64,000 nt of DNA from Macrostomum lignano (lineage: Eukaryota): assembly GCA_002269645.1 (NCBI GenBank), contig NIVC01001053.1:1-64000 (forward strand), written 5' to 3'. The position numbers and the translations under genes were made by a program. Each line of letters starts with the position of its first letter. Position 1 is the stretch's first letter. Below, piece after piece: positions 26,701 through 37,210 of this stretch. The notes under the pieces are model-generated. The model searched no databases. It was not told the DNA's origin and saw nothing but the letters and a program-made list of their open reading frames with translations.

Positions 26701-27119
26701 GTAGTAAAAAAATAGGCCTAAGTTTTGGCTTTTGCTTTTTAAATTAAAAGGCTGACTGCTGGTTCATTTTGATTATAGACCAAAATGCAATTTTTATAGT
26801 CAGATTCGACTCGAGGCTCAAGAGTTAAGTGAGCTAAGCCTAAGATTTAACCTAGGACTCTATCCAAATTGATGACAAAAACCGAATCATTGCAGTCCAA
26901 ATTAGGATTGCAGTATAATTATTGGATAATGAAATACGCGTTTTCAACTGTATGACGAGAGAAAAAAAGTAAAATGACTTTGAGAACTAGCTGATACTGT
27001 AGTCTGTAGGGACTGGCCTGGGACTATAGCACACCTGCATCGAAATAATTTTTACTAAATTAGATTAGGCCAAGAGAAAAGATAAGATTCATCGGTACTT
27101 ACTTTACGCTTGAAGACAT
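19088..27119 (-). CDS. HSDL2: Hydroxysteroid dehydrogenase-like 2 (SDR + SCP2 sterol-binding domain), ~424 aa; exons 27119-27103, 22203-21995, 21254-20837, 20521-20305, 19500-19088; apparent 1-nt deletion near 22160
   Basis: KLAGKTLFITGASR(G)IG, AAKTATAHPKLPGTIYTAAEEIE, FGGIDILVNNASAI, YTMAKYGMS, LLPDFFLDE, SCP2 motif GAFMAGKLRITGNMGVAMKLE and terminal AKL; all splice phases agree once one base is restored in exon 2. Confidence 0.93.
19540..20230. repeat. 28-bp minisatellite in HSDL2 intron 4, with two sequential variants
   Basis: cagcctcctggcttccctaccggtcatt grading into gagcctcatggattccctaccgctcact. Confidence 0.95.
20527..20820. repeat. (TAG)n/(TTG)n microsatellite filling HSDL2 intron 3
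   Basis: Direct reading; bounded by the intron donor (20836) and acceptor (20522). Confidence 0.97.
21270..21925. repeat. Degenerate ~30-bp G-rich tandem repeat in HSDL2 intron 2
   Basis: Recurring gggattagggactatattggggatctgcggt. Confidence 0.9.
24190..25085. repeat. Polypyrimidine (CT-rich) low-complexity tract in HSDL2 intron 1
   Basis: Direct reading. Confidence 0.9.
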
Positions 27120-28719
27120 GTTTAAGTAGCAGGTCAACTGAAAAGGAACTAACAATAAAGCTTATACAATTTATGAAAGGCTTTGTATCGTTTTATTATT
27201 TGGCAATGGTGGTCACTGGTCAATGCACTTGAGTCTTGAATGAAGACGTCAAATCGTGATTTAGGCTTTTCGAAGAAATTTTTACATTTAAAAATCTCAA
27301 GTTTTATGTAGTATAAAAAAGTTTGTAAATACCTAGCTTGAAAGTCGAGACTCGTCTCAGAAAAAATATTTTAAAGCAAGCGAAGCTTTAGCGTTTCAAT
27401 TGACTTACTTTCAGTATCTTAACTGGGACAATTGGTCCTACAAATCCTTAATTGTTCCAACGAGCTGTGCTGTGCTGTCTGTCTATTTATTTTATTTCTA
27501 ATAGTTCCAACCTATAAACTTAAAGTAACTACATGTTTAGAACCATTTTAGTTTGCATGTTCAAAATAACTGAACAGGATATCAAAACTGCGAAGTGTGT
27601 AACAGACCACATTACATTTACATGTACGTATATACATGTACACCTCAAAACATCTTATTTACACCTTGCTCATGTACATGTACATATACATTTACAGCAC
27701 TTGCATTTACTGTTAGAGGCTAATCACAGACTCACTTTTTAGTTCGAGGGTACAGCTTGTAGCCAAGGATAATAAAGAGGCAAGTTCTGTAGGTGTAATA
27801 AGGTTCTTTCTCTGAGAAACTACACACAATGTAAACTTGAATAACAGAAGAAAAACCAATAGTATAAGTTATTTATAATTGTATAAAATGTGTGTACTTT
27901 TAGGTAAATAAAATAGTGTAATTTTAATATATCATGTAAAATATATCAAGCATTTTGATGACAACTTGACTGTCACGGCACATTGAAGTGCAAGCAGTAG
28001 AAACAACCTGCCAGCGTTATGCTCGACAACAACAGTATGCTATGCAGCAAGCAAATTGCAGAACAGGAATATTATTATGCTATTCAAGCTACAAGACATG
28101 CGTACAAGAATTTATGAATATTGCATACTCTTTTATTGGATTTAGTGAAGAAAAAATAGTCTATAATTAATATAAACTGATCGATTAGTGGAACGGTTAC
28201 TAATAAAATATAGCATCTAATGAATAGAAAAATATGACTAATGAACTTAAAGAAGTTCTAATATAAATTCAATGTGTATCGCAGTGTGCATAAAGATTGA
28301 AGCAAATAACACGTTACAAAGCTGTTATTTAAGACGATTTTAAGTTGAAGTAATAAATGCGAAATAAATTCAAAATAAACAAAAAATCTAAAACTATAAG
28401 TGGGTGCACTGAGACTACTTAGTAAGTAATATGTGCACAAAGTAGCAGCTCTGTGCAAATAAAGCAGTATAAAACCAATACAGAATATCAGTATGTTAAA
28501 TAATTTTTCCGGCAGTAATACAATACACACTTAATAATGGCCAGAGAATGTTAAGCAAATCAACAAATTGAAATAATAACCGAGGTCGCGAATACCGAAA
28601 AAAGTGTAATCGAGATACAAAACTTAAATAGTTAACAGGCAAGTATTTTTTCCTCAGGAAAAATTTATAGCTTAATGACTTTTGTTTTTTAAAACAAAAA
28701 GCTTAAAGTGTGGGTTTTG

Positions 28720-29205
28720 TGATGAAGCTTAGATTTTAGGGATGAAGCTAAGGTGTTATGAAGCTTAGGGTTGTGATGAAGCTTAGGTTTGTGATGAAGC
28801 TTAGGTTTTGTGATGAAGATTAGGATAGGATATGATGATGATTAGGATTGGTGATGATGATTAGGTTGCTGATGATGATTAGAATTGGTGATGATGATTA
28901 GGATTGGCAATAATGATTAGGATTGGCGATGATGATTAGGATTGGCGATGATGATTAGGATTGGTGATGATTATGATTTGTGATGAAGCTTAGATTTTTG
29001 AGATGAAGCTGAGGTGTCATGAAGCTTAGCTTTTATAATGAAGCTCAGGGTTTCGATGAAGCTTATGGTTTGTGGTGAAGCTGAGTGTTTGTGATGAAGC
29101 TTAGGGCTTGTGATAAAGCTTATTGTTTGTGATGAAGCTTTGGGTTTGTGATGAAGCTTAGGGTCTGTGATGAAGCTTTGGGTTTGTGATGAAGCTTAGG
29201 GTTTG
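28720..29205. repeat. Degenerate ~18-bp tandem repeats (gatgaagcttaggtttgt / gatgatgattaggattgg)
   Basis: Direct reading. Confidence 0.88.
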
Positions 29206-29219
29206 TGAGTGTGATCAAA

Positions 29220-31443
29220 TCACCCATCAGCGAGTGCCCTCAGCTCGCTCAGCTGGCGTTCCAACGATCTGATTCGCCTGTCCCGGTCTGTCACCATCTG
29301 CCGCAGTCGCCACACCAGCTCCACACTGCCGCTGAATCCGCCGCCGCCGCCCGGCCTCCGCCGCAGGCGTCTCCGACGCAGATGATGATGATGGCAGCAG
29401 CAGCCGCATTCACCCATCGCCTCGGCCTCGTCGACCGCCGCTGCGGCAGAGTCGCCAGTCTTGACTGTTGCCGCTGCTGCGTTCTCGTCGTCGCGATCGT
29501 CCGACGACGGCGGCGGCGGCGGCTCCGACGAATGTCGCATCAGGCCGAAGCCGCAGTCGACATCCTCGTCTGCTTCATCGCAGTCTTCTTCGTCCTCTTC
29601 GTCATTATCATCGTCGTCGCAGTCGCGGTTGTCCTCGCAGTCGGCGCCGTCTGGATCGGATTGGCTGGGCGGCCGGCGGGGTGGCAGCCTGGAGGAGCCG
29701 TTGCTGCTGCTAATGAGGAATTTTCAGGTGCGAAACATGAGCTCAGATGCAGCTTCTGGGCACTCGCGTGCACCTGAGTGCGCGTGTAAATTCCCCTGCT
29801 AGACTTTTATCGGCTGAGAAATTCCCTGTGAGACTTATTTGATCGAAAAATTCCCCGTGAGACTTATCTGACCGGGAAATTCTCGGCGAGACTTTTACCT
29901 GGCCGAGAAATTCCCCGTGAGACTTATCTGACCGACAAATTCCATGTGAGACTTATTTTACAGTCGAATTCCCCCGTGAAACTTATCTGACCGACGAATT
30001 CCCTGTGAGACTTATTTTACAGTCGAATTCCCCCGTGAAACTTATCTGACCGAGAAATTCTCCGCGAGACTTTTACCTGGCCAAGAAATTTGCCGTGAGA
30101 CTTTCACCTGACTGAGAAATTCCCTTCCGAGGCAAATTGACTTACACGGCAGTGCTCTGCGTCGGCGCCAAAGGTGACGCACAACGCATGGCTACACGCC
30201 TGTTATGATGGTGATGGTGATGATCACCGCGAATTCTGCGCTTGGCTTTTAGATGCAACAACTGTTGCTGCTGCTTCTTCTTCTTCTTCGTCTTCAGCGC
30301 TCGCTTTACCGGCGCGGCGGCGCCGAGATTTGCGGGGGCCATCGCCCCATGCTCCGAAGGAGCGAGAGACATTTTCCCGGGTTCCGGAGGAGCTCCTCGT
30401 GATCGTTCCCGACCAGGGCCATCCGTCGAGCGTCTCCCCGGTGGCAGTGAAGTAGCGCATGGGCGCTGTCGTCGAGTTCTCCGCAGTCCGGGCACTGCGG
30501 ATTATCGATCATACCGAATCGGTGCTGGGTCTCGGCGCAGAGCATCGTCATGCCTGCGCGAAGCTGGCACACCGCCGTTTGCTCCCGCCGGTCTCTCGCT
30601 TTGAAGTCCGGCCAGGGTTGCGGCAGGGTTTCTTTCTCCAGGGTCCGGCGATCGCGGCGAATGGCTGCTTTTGCGGCGTTGAAGGAGATGGGCACTTCCT
30701 CTTGGGGCAAGCCTCTTGCCATGCCGGCCGCGCGGTCCGCCGCTTCATTAAGGCTGATGCCGCAGTGGGCTGGCACCCAGATTAGTTCTATGTCGGCCGT
30801 TTCGTTGATGTCTAGCATGTGGCGCCAGCAGTCCGTACCGGTCTTAGTCGCCTGGGCTAGTGGTCCGGCCCCTAGTGCTGTCAGTGACGATAAAGAGTCG
30901 CTACATAGGCGAATCTTCTTTTCGCTCGGGCTGCGGTTGTTCTTAATAAAAACCAGTGCTTCGCGGATGGCTATCATTTCTGCGTCAAATGAGCTACAGA
31001 TGATTCCGGCCGGGGCCTTGCGCCAAGTTCGTGCAGGTTATAGCGGCGCTGCCGCCGGGTCCGGTGCCGTCCGCCACCGATCCGTCTGTCCACACGCTGA
31101 TGTCAGCCTCAGGCAGTGACTGCAGAAACTCCGTTGCCGCCGCGCTCCGGGACTCCTGGGGGTCCGTGCGGCGGCATCGGGCCGAGATGTCCAGGCGGAT
31201 GTTAATGTCCCGTGTGTCGCACTCCCACGGCGGGATGCCGGGGCTTACCGGGTCGCCTCTTTTGTGGGAATCCAATATGGCAACCGACGGCAGCTCCAGT
31301 GCCGCCCTCCTCCAGCAGTTCCGGAAGGGGCGGGTGGCGTCCCGCGGGTCGATGAGGTTCAGCGAGTTCGGCTGTGCTTCGTCGTCGGCGCCGCCGTCTC
31401 CGTGGGTGCGGCCGTGATCGCGTGCCAAAGCTTCGTAGGTACG

Positions 31444-31474
<31 letters not shown>

Positions 31475-31834
31475 ACTGCAGCCGGAGCTGAATTTCAGTC
31501 TGCGATGCTGTTGTTGCTGCTCCTGCTGCAGCGGCTGGTGCTGAGGCCGGCAAGGCGACGTTGAATGATCCCGACGACGGGTGGCGCCGCCGAACAGTGG
31601 CAGCTGCTGACAGCTGGCGCCGCCAGGAGCCGATGCTCCCAGCAGCAGGTCGGCGCTGGAGTGCCTCTGGTACATGGCTGACACAGCTGCACTGCGGAGC
31701 CTCACTGAACCAGTTGGCTGGGAACCGCCAGCACAAGCAGCATCAGGCCGATTGGCCACCGTCGGGACAGTCGCCGGAATGTCGCTGCTGTCCTCCTCGC
31801 GGTCAAGACTCTCAGCTGATAGAGAGGAAGAAGC
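29220..31834 (-). CDS. Uncharacterised low-complexity protein (polyQ, polyH, acidic tract, C-terminal coiled coil); exon A 31834-31444 + 30275-30146 interrupted by a LINE; exon B 29709-29220
   Basis: Acceptor ttaacttcag ending 31835; frame restored across the TSD; GTAAGT donor at 30145 (phase 2) matches acceptor ttcctcattag ending 29710; ends VELVWRLRQMVTDRDRRIRSLERQLSELRALADG*; 5' end uncertain. Confidence 0.65.
29800..30125. repeat. Degenerate ~30-bp intronic tandem repeat (gaaattccccgtgagacttatctgaccga)
   Basis: Direct reading. Confidence 0.85.
30276..31443 (-). mobile_element. 5'-truncated non-LTR retrotransposon (I-group-like) with RNase H and CCHC zinc knuckle, (GAA)n tail and 12-bp TSD
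   Basis: WTDGS...AEM...CSDS...WVPAHCGISLNEAADRAA; CPDCGELDDSAHALLHC; frameshift near 31035; TSD gttgctgctgct at 30264-30275 and 31444-31455. Confidence 0.92.
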
Positions 31835-31934
31835 CTGAAGTTAAAATTCTCGATAAATTAACAATGGCAAAAGTACTTTATGATTGAAATCTGTCAAACT
31901 GAAGACTAACATTACAATAGATATAGATCCCCTG

Positions 31935-32620
31935 TGGGTCATGCAGTGTGGCAGTCTATATGGGTCATATGCAGTCTGATGACTGCGGGTCATGTAGTGT
32001 GACAGTCTATTTGAGTCATATGCAATCCGAAGGTCATGCAGTGTGACAGTCTGTTTGGGTCATATGCAGTCTGATGACTGCGGGTCATGTAGTGTGACAG
32101 TCTATTTGGGTCATATGCCATCCGAAGGTCATGCAGTGTGACAGTCTGTTTGGGTCATATGCAATCCGAAGGTCATGCAGTGTGACAGTCTGTTTGGGTC
32201 ATATGCAATCCGAAGGTCATGCAGTGTGACAGTCTGTTTGGGTCATATGCCATCCGAAGGTCATGCAGTGTGGCAGTCTATATGGGTCATATGCAATCTG
32301 ATGACTGCGGGTCATGCAGTGTGGCAGTCTATATGGGTCATATGCAGTCTGATGACTGCGGGTCATGCAGTGTGGCAGTGTTTATGGGTCATATGCAGTC
32401 TGATGACTGCGGGTCATGCAGTGTGGCAGTGTTTATGGGTCATATGCAGTCTGATGACTGCGGGTCATGCAGTGTGGCAGTGTTTATGGGTCATATGCAG
32501 TCTGATGACTGCGGGTCATGCAGTGTGGCAGTGTTTATGGGTCATATGCAGTCTGATGACTGCGGGTCATGCAGTGTGGCAGTCTATATGGGTCATATGC
32601 AGTCTGATGACTGCGGGTCA
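31935..32620. repeat. Minisatellite with interleaved 44-bp and 51-bp units
   Basis: gggtcatatgcaatccgaaggtcatgcagtgtgacagtctgttt and gggtcatatgcagtctgatgactgcgggtcatgcagtgtggcagtgtttat. Confidence 0.93.
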
Positions 32621-33189
32621 ATTCTAGTCCACTGCAAGGCTAGGTTACATGCACATTCCCGAACTGTGTATGGGTCTTTAAAAATAAGAATCGAAAGCTT
32701 CTGCTGGAAAACAGTAACACAGAATTAGTCTTTATTTGTTCAATTTGGTCAAATACAGGTAAATCAACGGCTTATTGGGCTACTATAAGTAGTCAATATT
32801 TATTGTTTCCATTCACCATGCTTAACAACAAGCAAAAAACGTTCAAATTAGCTATATACATTTGAGAGGAGCATATTGAAATTAAATAAAGCTCTATGCT
32901 GGTGATCGACTGAGTTTAGTTAATTATTCATTTGGCAATAAAGAGTAGCTCAACAGACATTAGCTGACAGAATCCAGTGCACTACAGAATGTTTAAGCAT
33001 CCTAAATATTGAATAAATTAATAATAGTCGACAATTTTTAAAATATTAAAGATCAGACTAGAAAAAAGCAAATTATAAGAGAAACATAGCATTCCTTTAA
33101 GGCAAAAGTGGATAGCATCTGGACTACTAAAATCTATCACATAGCTACATACATACAAACTATTTTTTAGATATGGATATTGGAAGAAT

Positions 33190-33450
33190 AGTGAGGGATC
33201 CCTACCCCAGAGTAGTGAGGGATCTCTGCCCCAGAGTAGTGAGGGATCTCTGCCCCAGAGTAGTGAGGGATCTCTGCCCCAGAGTAGTGAGAATCTCTGC
33301 CCCAGAATAGTGAGGGATCTCTGCCCCAGAGTAGTGAGGGATCTCTGCCCCAGAGTAGTGAGGGATCTCTGCCCCAGAGTAGTGAGGATCTCTGCCCCAG
33401 AGTAGTGAGGGATCTCTGCCCCAGAGTAGTGAGGGATCTCTGCCCCAGAA
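33190..33450. repeat. 24-bp minisatellite just downstream of the RGP1 stop codon
   Basis: gagtagtgagggatctctgcccca, ~11 copies. Confidence 0.93.
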
Positions 33451-33508
33451 GAGTGAGTCATGCAAGGACACCCGATAAAAAATCTGCAGCCGTGAGACAT
33501 GGACAGTT

Positions 33509-35537
33509 TCAAGCCAGCACAATGGAACAGCTGGGGGCGTAGGCAGACACGCTAGACGCAGTGATAGCCTGAGGACTGCAAGCGTACACAGTGATGGGCA
33601 ATTCCCATTCAAAGTGCTCGGTGGCCACAGTGGCTGGCGGTTGCCATAGAGTTGCCAACGGCTGCAGCGGGGCCGGCCGATCGTTAATTGGCTGACGTAG
33701 GGTGGCAAATTCGAATGCCAGCTTCCAGGCTAAATCAGCGTGCCTAGTAGCAAAACTGGGGTTAGACTGGGCTTGAGATGCAACAATAACTGAGCAGCTT
33801 GCAGATCCAATGCGGCCAGCTGTTCAACAGCGTGAGTACAGGTATGATAGGCAACCGGTTTGCGTTCTCCGCTGTCCTCCGTCTGGTACACAGTTTCCAC
33901 ACTCTGTAGCGACACTTTCACGTCCAGGCACTGGGCTGTACAGTCGGCAAAGTCGAATACGCCCAGTACGTTTTCGCCAAGCTTATAAGCGGTTTTGAAT
34001 AGGCTAAACCGGGTGACACGGCCGCCCTGCGAGTTGCAAATGTTGTAGCCGCTCAGGCACTTGGAGCCTGTGATGGCCGATATCTGGGCAAGGATGGTCT
34101 CCTCCTGCGCGATGGGTAGTGCTGGTAGTTAAATTAACTTTATGACTATCTGGACACCATAGTACTAATAAATGCTAAATAACAACTATTAAAGATCAAG
34201 TGACAATTAAACGCACCTGAGATGCTTCATCAGTATTGGCCGGATGCCAATCAACAAACGGATTGGCTTTATTAGCCTGAGACGCGGCGCCTCCATCATC
34301 GCCAGTGCTCAGGGTTTGGTCAATCCGTTTGATTCCGTGCACAGACAGTACACGAAATGGCAACCGAAGCAGCTGGGTTTTGCCTAGCAACGAGCTCACG
34401 CCCAACACCAGCTTGTAGGAGTAGCGAATTCCCGCGCCTCGATGGCTGGGCGGAGCGTCCCAGGGCAGCGACTCCTCGTATTCGTCTGCGAGGGGGGGGC
34501 GTGAAGAGGTGATCAAGTGAAAAGTGACGCCTCTTCTGCCGGCCCCAGAGCTTCTATGAAACGGTACCTAGCAGCCAAGAAGCGTTCCCAGAGTCAATTG
34601 CGTTGCGTCTTAAGTGTATCCGCGTCCCTTAATGAATTAGAATCGCATTTTGCGTTTATAACAACTCTATTTAGTCTACTCGAGTCAGTAGAAAGTTAAG
34701 CGCTAACACAACGACTCATGGACGATTTTTTCGCAACTATTTTACGATTCTACAACTCTGACTCGTGATGCGCGCGTGACTCAACAGTCGTTTCAGTCGT
34801 TAAAAACGTTTATACATTAGCGGGAAAGCCAGACACTTTAGCGTCTAATTATAAAGTTTGTGTGTCTGTACTAAATGGGCAACAGATGTACAACCAACAG
34901 CTCAGCCGCAGCTATTACGCGGCGCATCTGAATTCTGAAGGCTGCCTACGACTATTCAGTCCAAAGAATGGCAGGGGTGTCGCCACACACGCACCCTTAA
35001 TTACCCCAGCTAATGCTTGTACGAAATTTACAGCTGGGTGAACTGAAGCAATACAGAGTTAAGTGTCTTGCCCAAGGGCACAAATTGTTCCGAGTGAGTC
35101 GAGAATCGAACCTCCGACCTTCCAGTCGTGAGTCCGACGCTCTTACCACTAGGCTAAAACCCTGTTAACTCAAACAGAGCTTTTCCAATAATTAATCAGA
35201 TCAATATGATAACTGCTCTAGACTACTAGTTGATTATGTTTGCAAAGCACAAATAACAAGATCAGCATGGCTCTAGCAGCATACAGATAGATAATATAAA
35301 AGTACCAGTTACCACTGGATTGCACCACAGTACTTACAGAACTTTGACTCGCCGGGAGGCAGCACCAAATTGCAGAACAGTATGCTTGGCTTAGTTGATA
35401 TGTAAGTAAAGCCTGTTTCGCCACGATTAGCTATGAATGAGGTCTCGCCATTAACTGCTTGAGATGCTTTTGCAGGCGCTTTAGTTATTGAGCACATGCA
35501 AATAAGCTGTACACTGGCCCATGCCAGCATTGGACTC
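33509..35537 (-). CDS. RGP1: RGP1 (RAB6A-GEF complex partner, Ric1-Rgp1); exons 35537-35338, 34485-34217, 34104-33509; first coding exon not located; apparent 1-nt deletion at 33758-33761
   Basis: LAWASVQ...RGETG...STKPSILFCNLVLPPGESK; LPWDAPPSHRGAGIRYSYKL...LLRLPFRVL; FKTAYKLGENVLG; WKLAFEFAT; FEWELPITVYACSP, all recalled as matching RGP1; splice phases agree. Confidence 0.88.
34875..35163 (-). mobile_element. CORE-type SINE copy 4, in an RGP1 intron
   Basis: Same tRNA-like head and CORE block as copy 2, more diverged. Confidence 0.85.
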
Positions 35538-35619
35538 CTGTCATTTGTCATTGGATTATCGGGTTAGAGTTCCGCCCACGAGACTCCTGGGGGATTTGAT
35601 AACATGGCCAACGGGGAAC

Positions 35620-35960
35620 AGGCTCATGGGGAATTTCTGAATTGTCAAGGCTCATGAAGGAATTGCTGAATTGTCAAGGCTCATGGGGGATGGCTGAATT
35701 GTCAAGGCTCATGAAGGAATTGCTGAATTGTCAAGGCTCATGGGGAATTTCTGAATTGTCAAGGCTCATGAAGGAATTGCTGAATTGTCAAGGCTCATGA
35801 AGGAATTGCTGAATTGTCAAGGCTCATGAAGGAATTGCTGAATTGTCAAGGCTCATGGGGAATTTATGAATTGTCAAGGCTCATGAAGGAATTGCTGAAT
35901 TGTCAAGGCTCATGGGGAATGGCTGAATTGTCAAGGCTCATGGGGAACTGCTGAATTTTT
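35620..35960. repeat. 29-bp minisatellite (caaggctcatgaaggaattgctgaattgt); a degenerate relative lies at ~5330-5640
   Basis: Direct reading; shared gtcaaggctcat..gaa.ttgctga motif at both loci. Confidence 0.9.
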
Positions 35961-36249
35961 CTCACTCCTAAATAAAGATGCTTCATCCAGGAGAATTCTA
36001 TTTTGCATTCTTGCTATCCTAGTCAGTTAAACAAAAGCAGACTTTTGTAAATTTATTATAAGTAATTTACCACAAACTTACTCATAAGTCTGGTCACAAT
36101 TTGAAATGCATATCTTGCATACTAATGGCTCTCCAGCTAGAAATATGCTGCCTTGAGTTAGCTCAGCTCTTAGTTCAACAGGCATGGTATAGCTGAAGTA
36201 ATTGAAAATAATTTAGGATAAATTAATAACTTGTTTTTTTAATATTACT

Positions 36250-37210
36250 ATAAGAATAAAGGAATATTTAGATGATGTATTTATGTATCACTATTAGTGC
36301 CACTGTGCCTTGCCTAGTCCAATAACTGTCAATAAAGAATAATTGCCAATCAGTGGATAAAAGTCAATTGCTCTGAGGACCAAAGCATTTCCTATATTAA
36401 AAAAACAAAATAACACTTGTACACAAGGGTCAGAGAGCACTGTCTGAGAAATGGTTATTTACAAACACTTGCTAAACTGCAACATGAAACATGAAAGTGA
36501 TCAATTCCACCTACCCTAATATTATATTCACTATTGAATGTGGAGATAAGAAAATGCCTTTTTTAGATACGGAAGTTCACTGTTCTAGAAATGTCCCATG
36601 TTTGTAAGTGTATTGTAAACCTATGATACACTGGTCTGATGCTTAATTTTACTTTGTGGTTCCTTTTTCACCAAAATGTGGTGTCCTTGACTAAAATTCT
36701 TAAGTTGAATGGCTACCCTAGTAACTTGCCTAAGTCAATTATTCCTCTGGCTCTTAAGGCAGGTGTCATCTACTAATTTTGCTGTTGTTGATCTGAATGT
36801 TTTCTATATTGGAAAGACCGAACAGCATCTACTGTCCAAAACCACCTCTCAAATTGTCAAATGTGCTGTGATACCGAAACAATAGAAAGGTTTAAAATAT
36901 TGTAAATGCCTATAAAAATGAGTCTAAACTTAAACTGCTTAGTGTTATACATCAAAGTGTTTGAGCCCATGACTAATGTGCAGCTGATGAGCAGAGGGGG
37001 ATAGAGCATGAGCTCTGATGGTGTATTTGCCTTCTTTATACTGGCTGGACTGATATGACCTATACTTGGACTATGTACTTTTGCATTAAAAACTGTTTAC
37101 ATGTTGTTTTAATTTTTGTTTCACTATTTATCATTAATTATTTGTAATCCACAGTAAACCATTAGCAGTTGCTCTGATGATGTCCACTTAGCAGAAAATG
37201 CATTTGCAAA
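36250..37210 (+). mobile_element. Decayed Penelope-like retroelement (RT + GIY-YIG remnants)
   Basis: Fragmentary translations YLDDVFM, NSTYPNIIFTIECGDKKMPF, LKLNGYPSN, FYIGKTEQHL; many stops and frameshifts. Confidence 0.72.

Noticed and set aside
31974-32615. Repeated CTGATGA suggesting tandem hammerhead ribozymes
   Set aside because: No downstream GAAA core; the motif lies in the loop of a simple hairpin
35945-36000. Candidate first exon of RGP1 (MQNRILLDEASLFR)
   Set aside because: Poor match to the expected MIEV..L.RG.VFLAGE N-terminus, and the donor phase does not fit the acceptor at 35538
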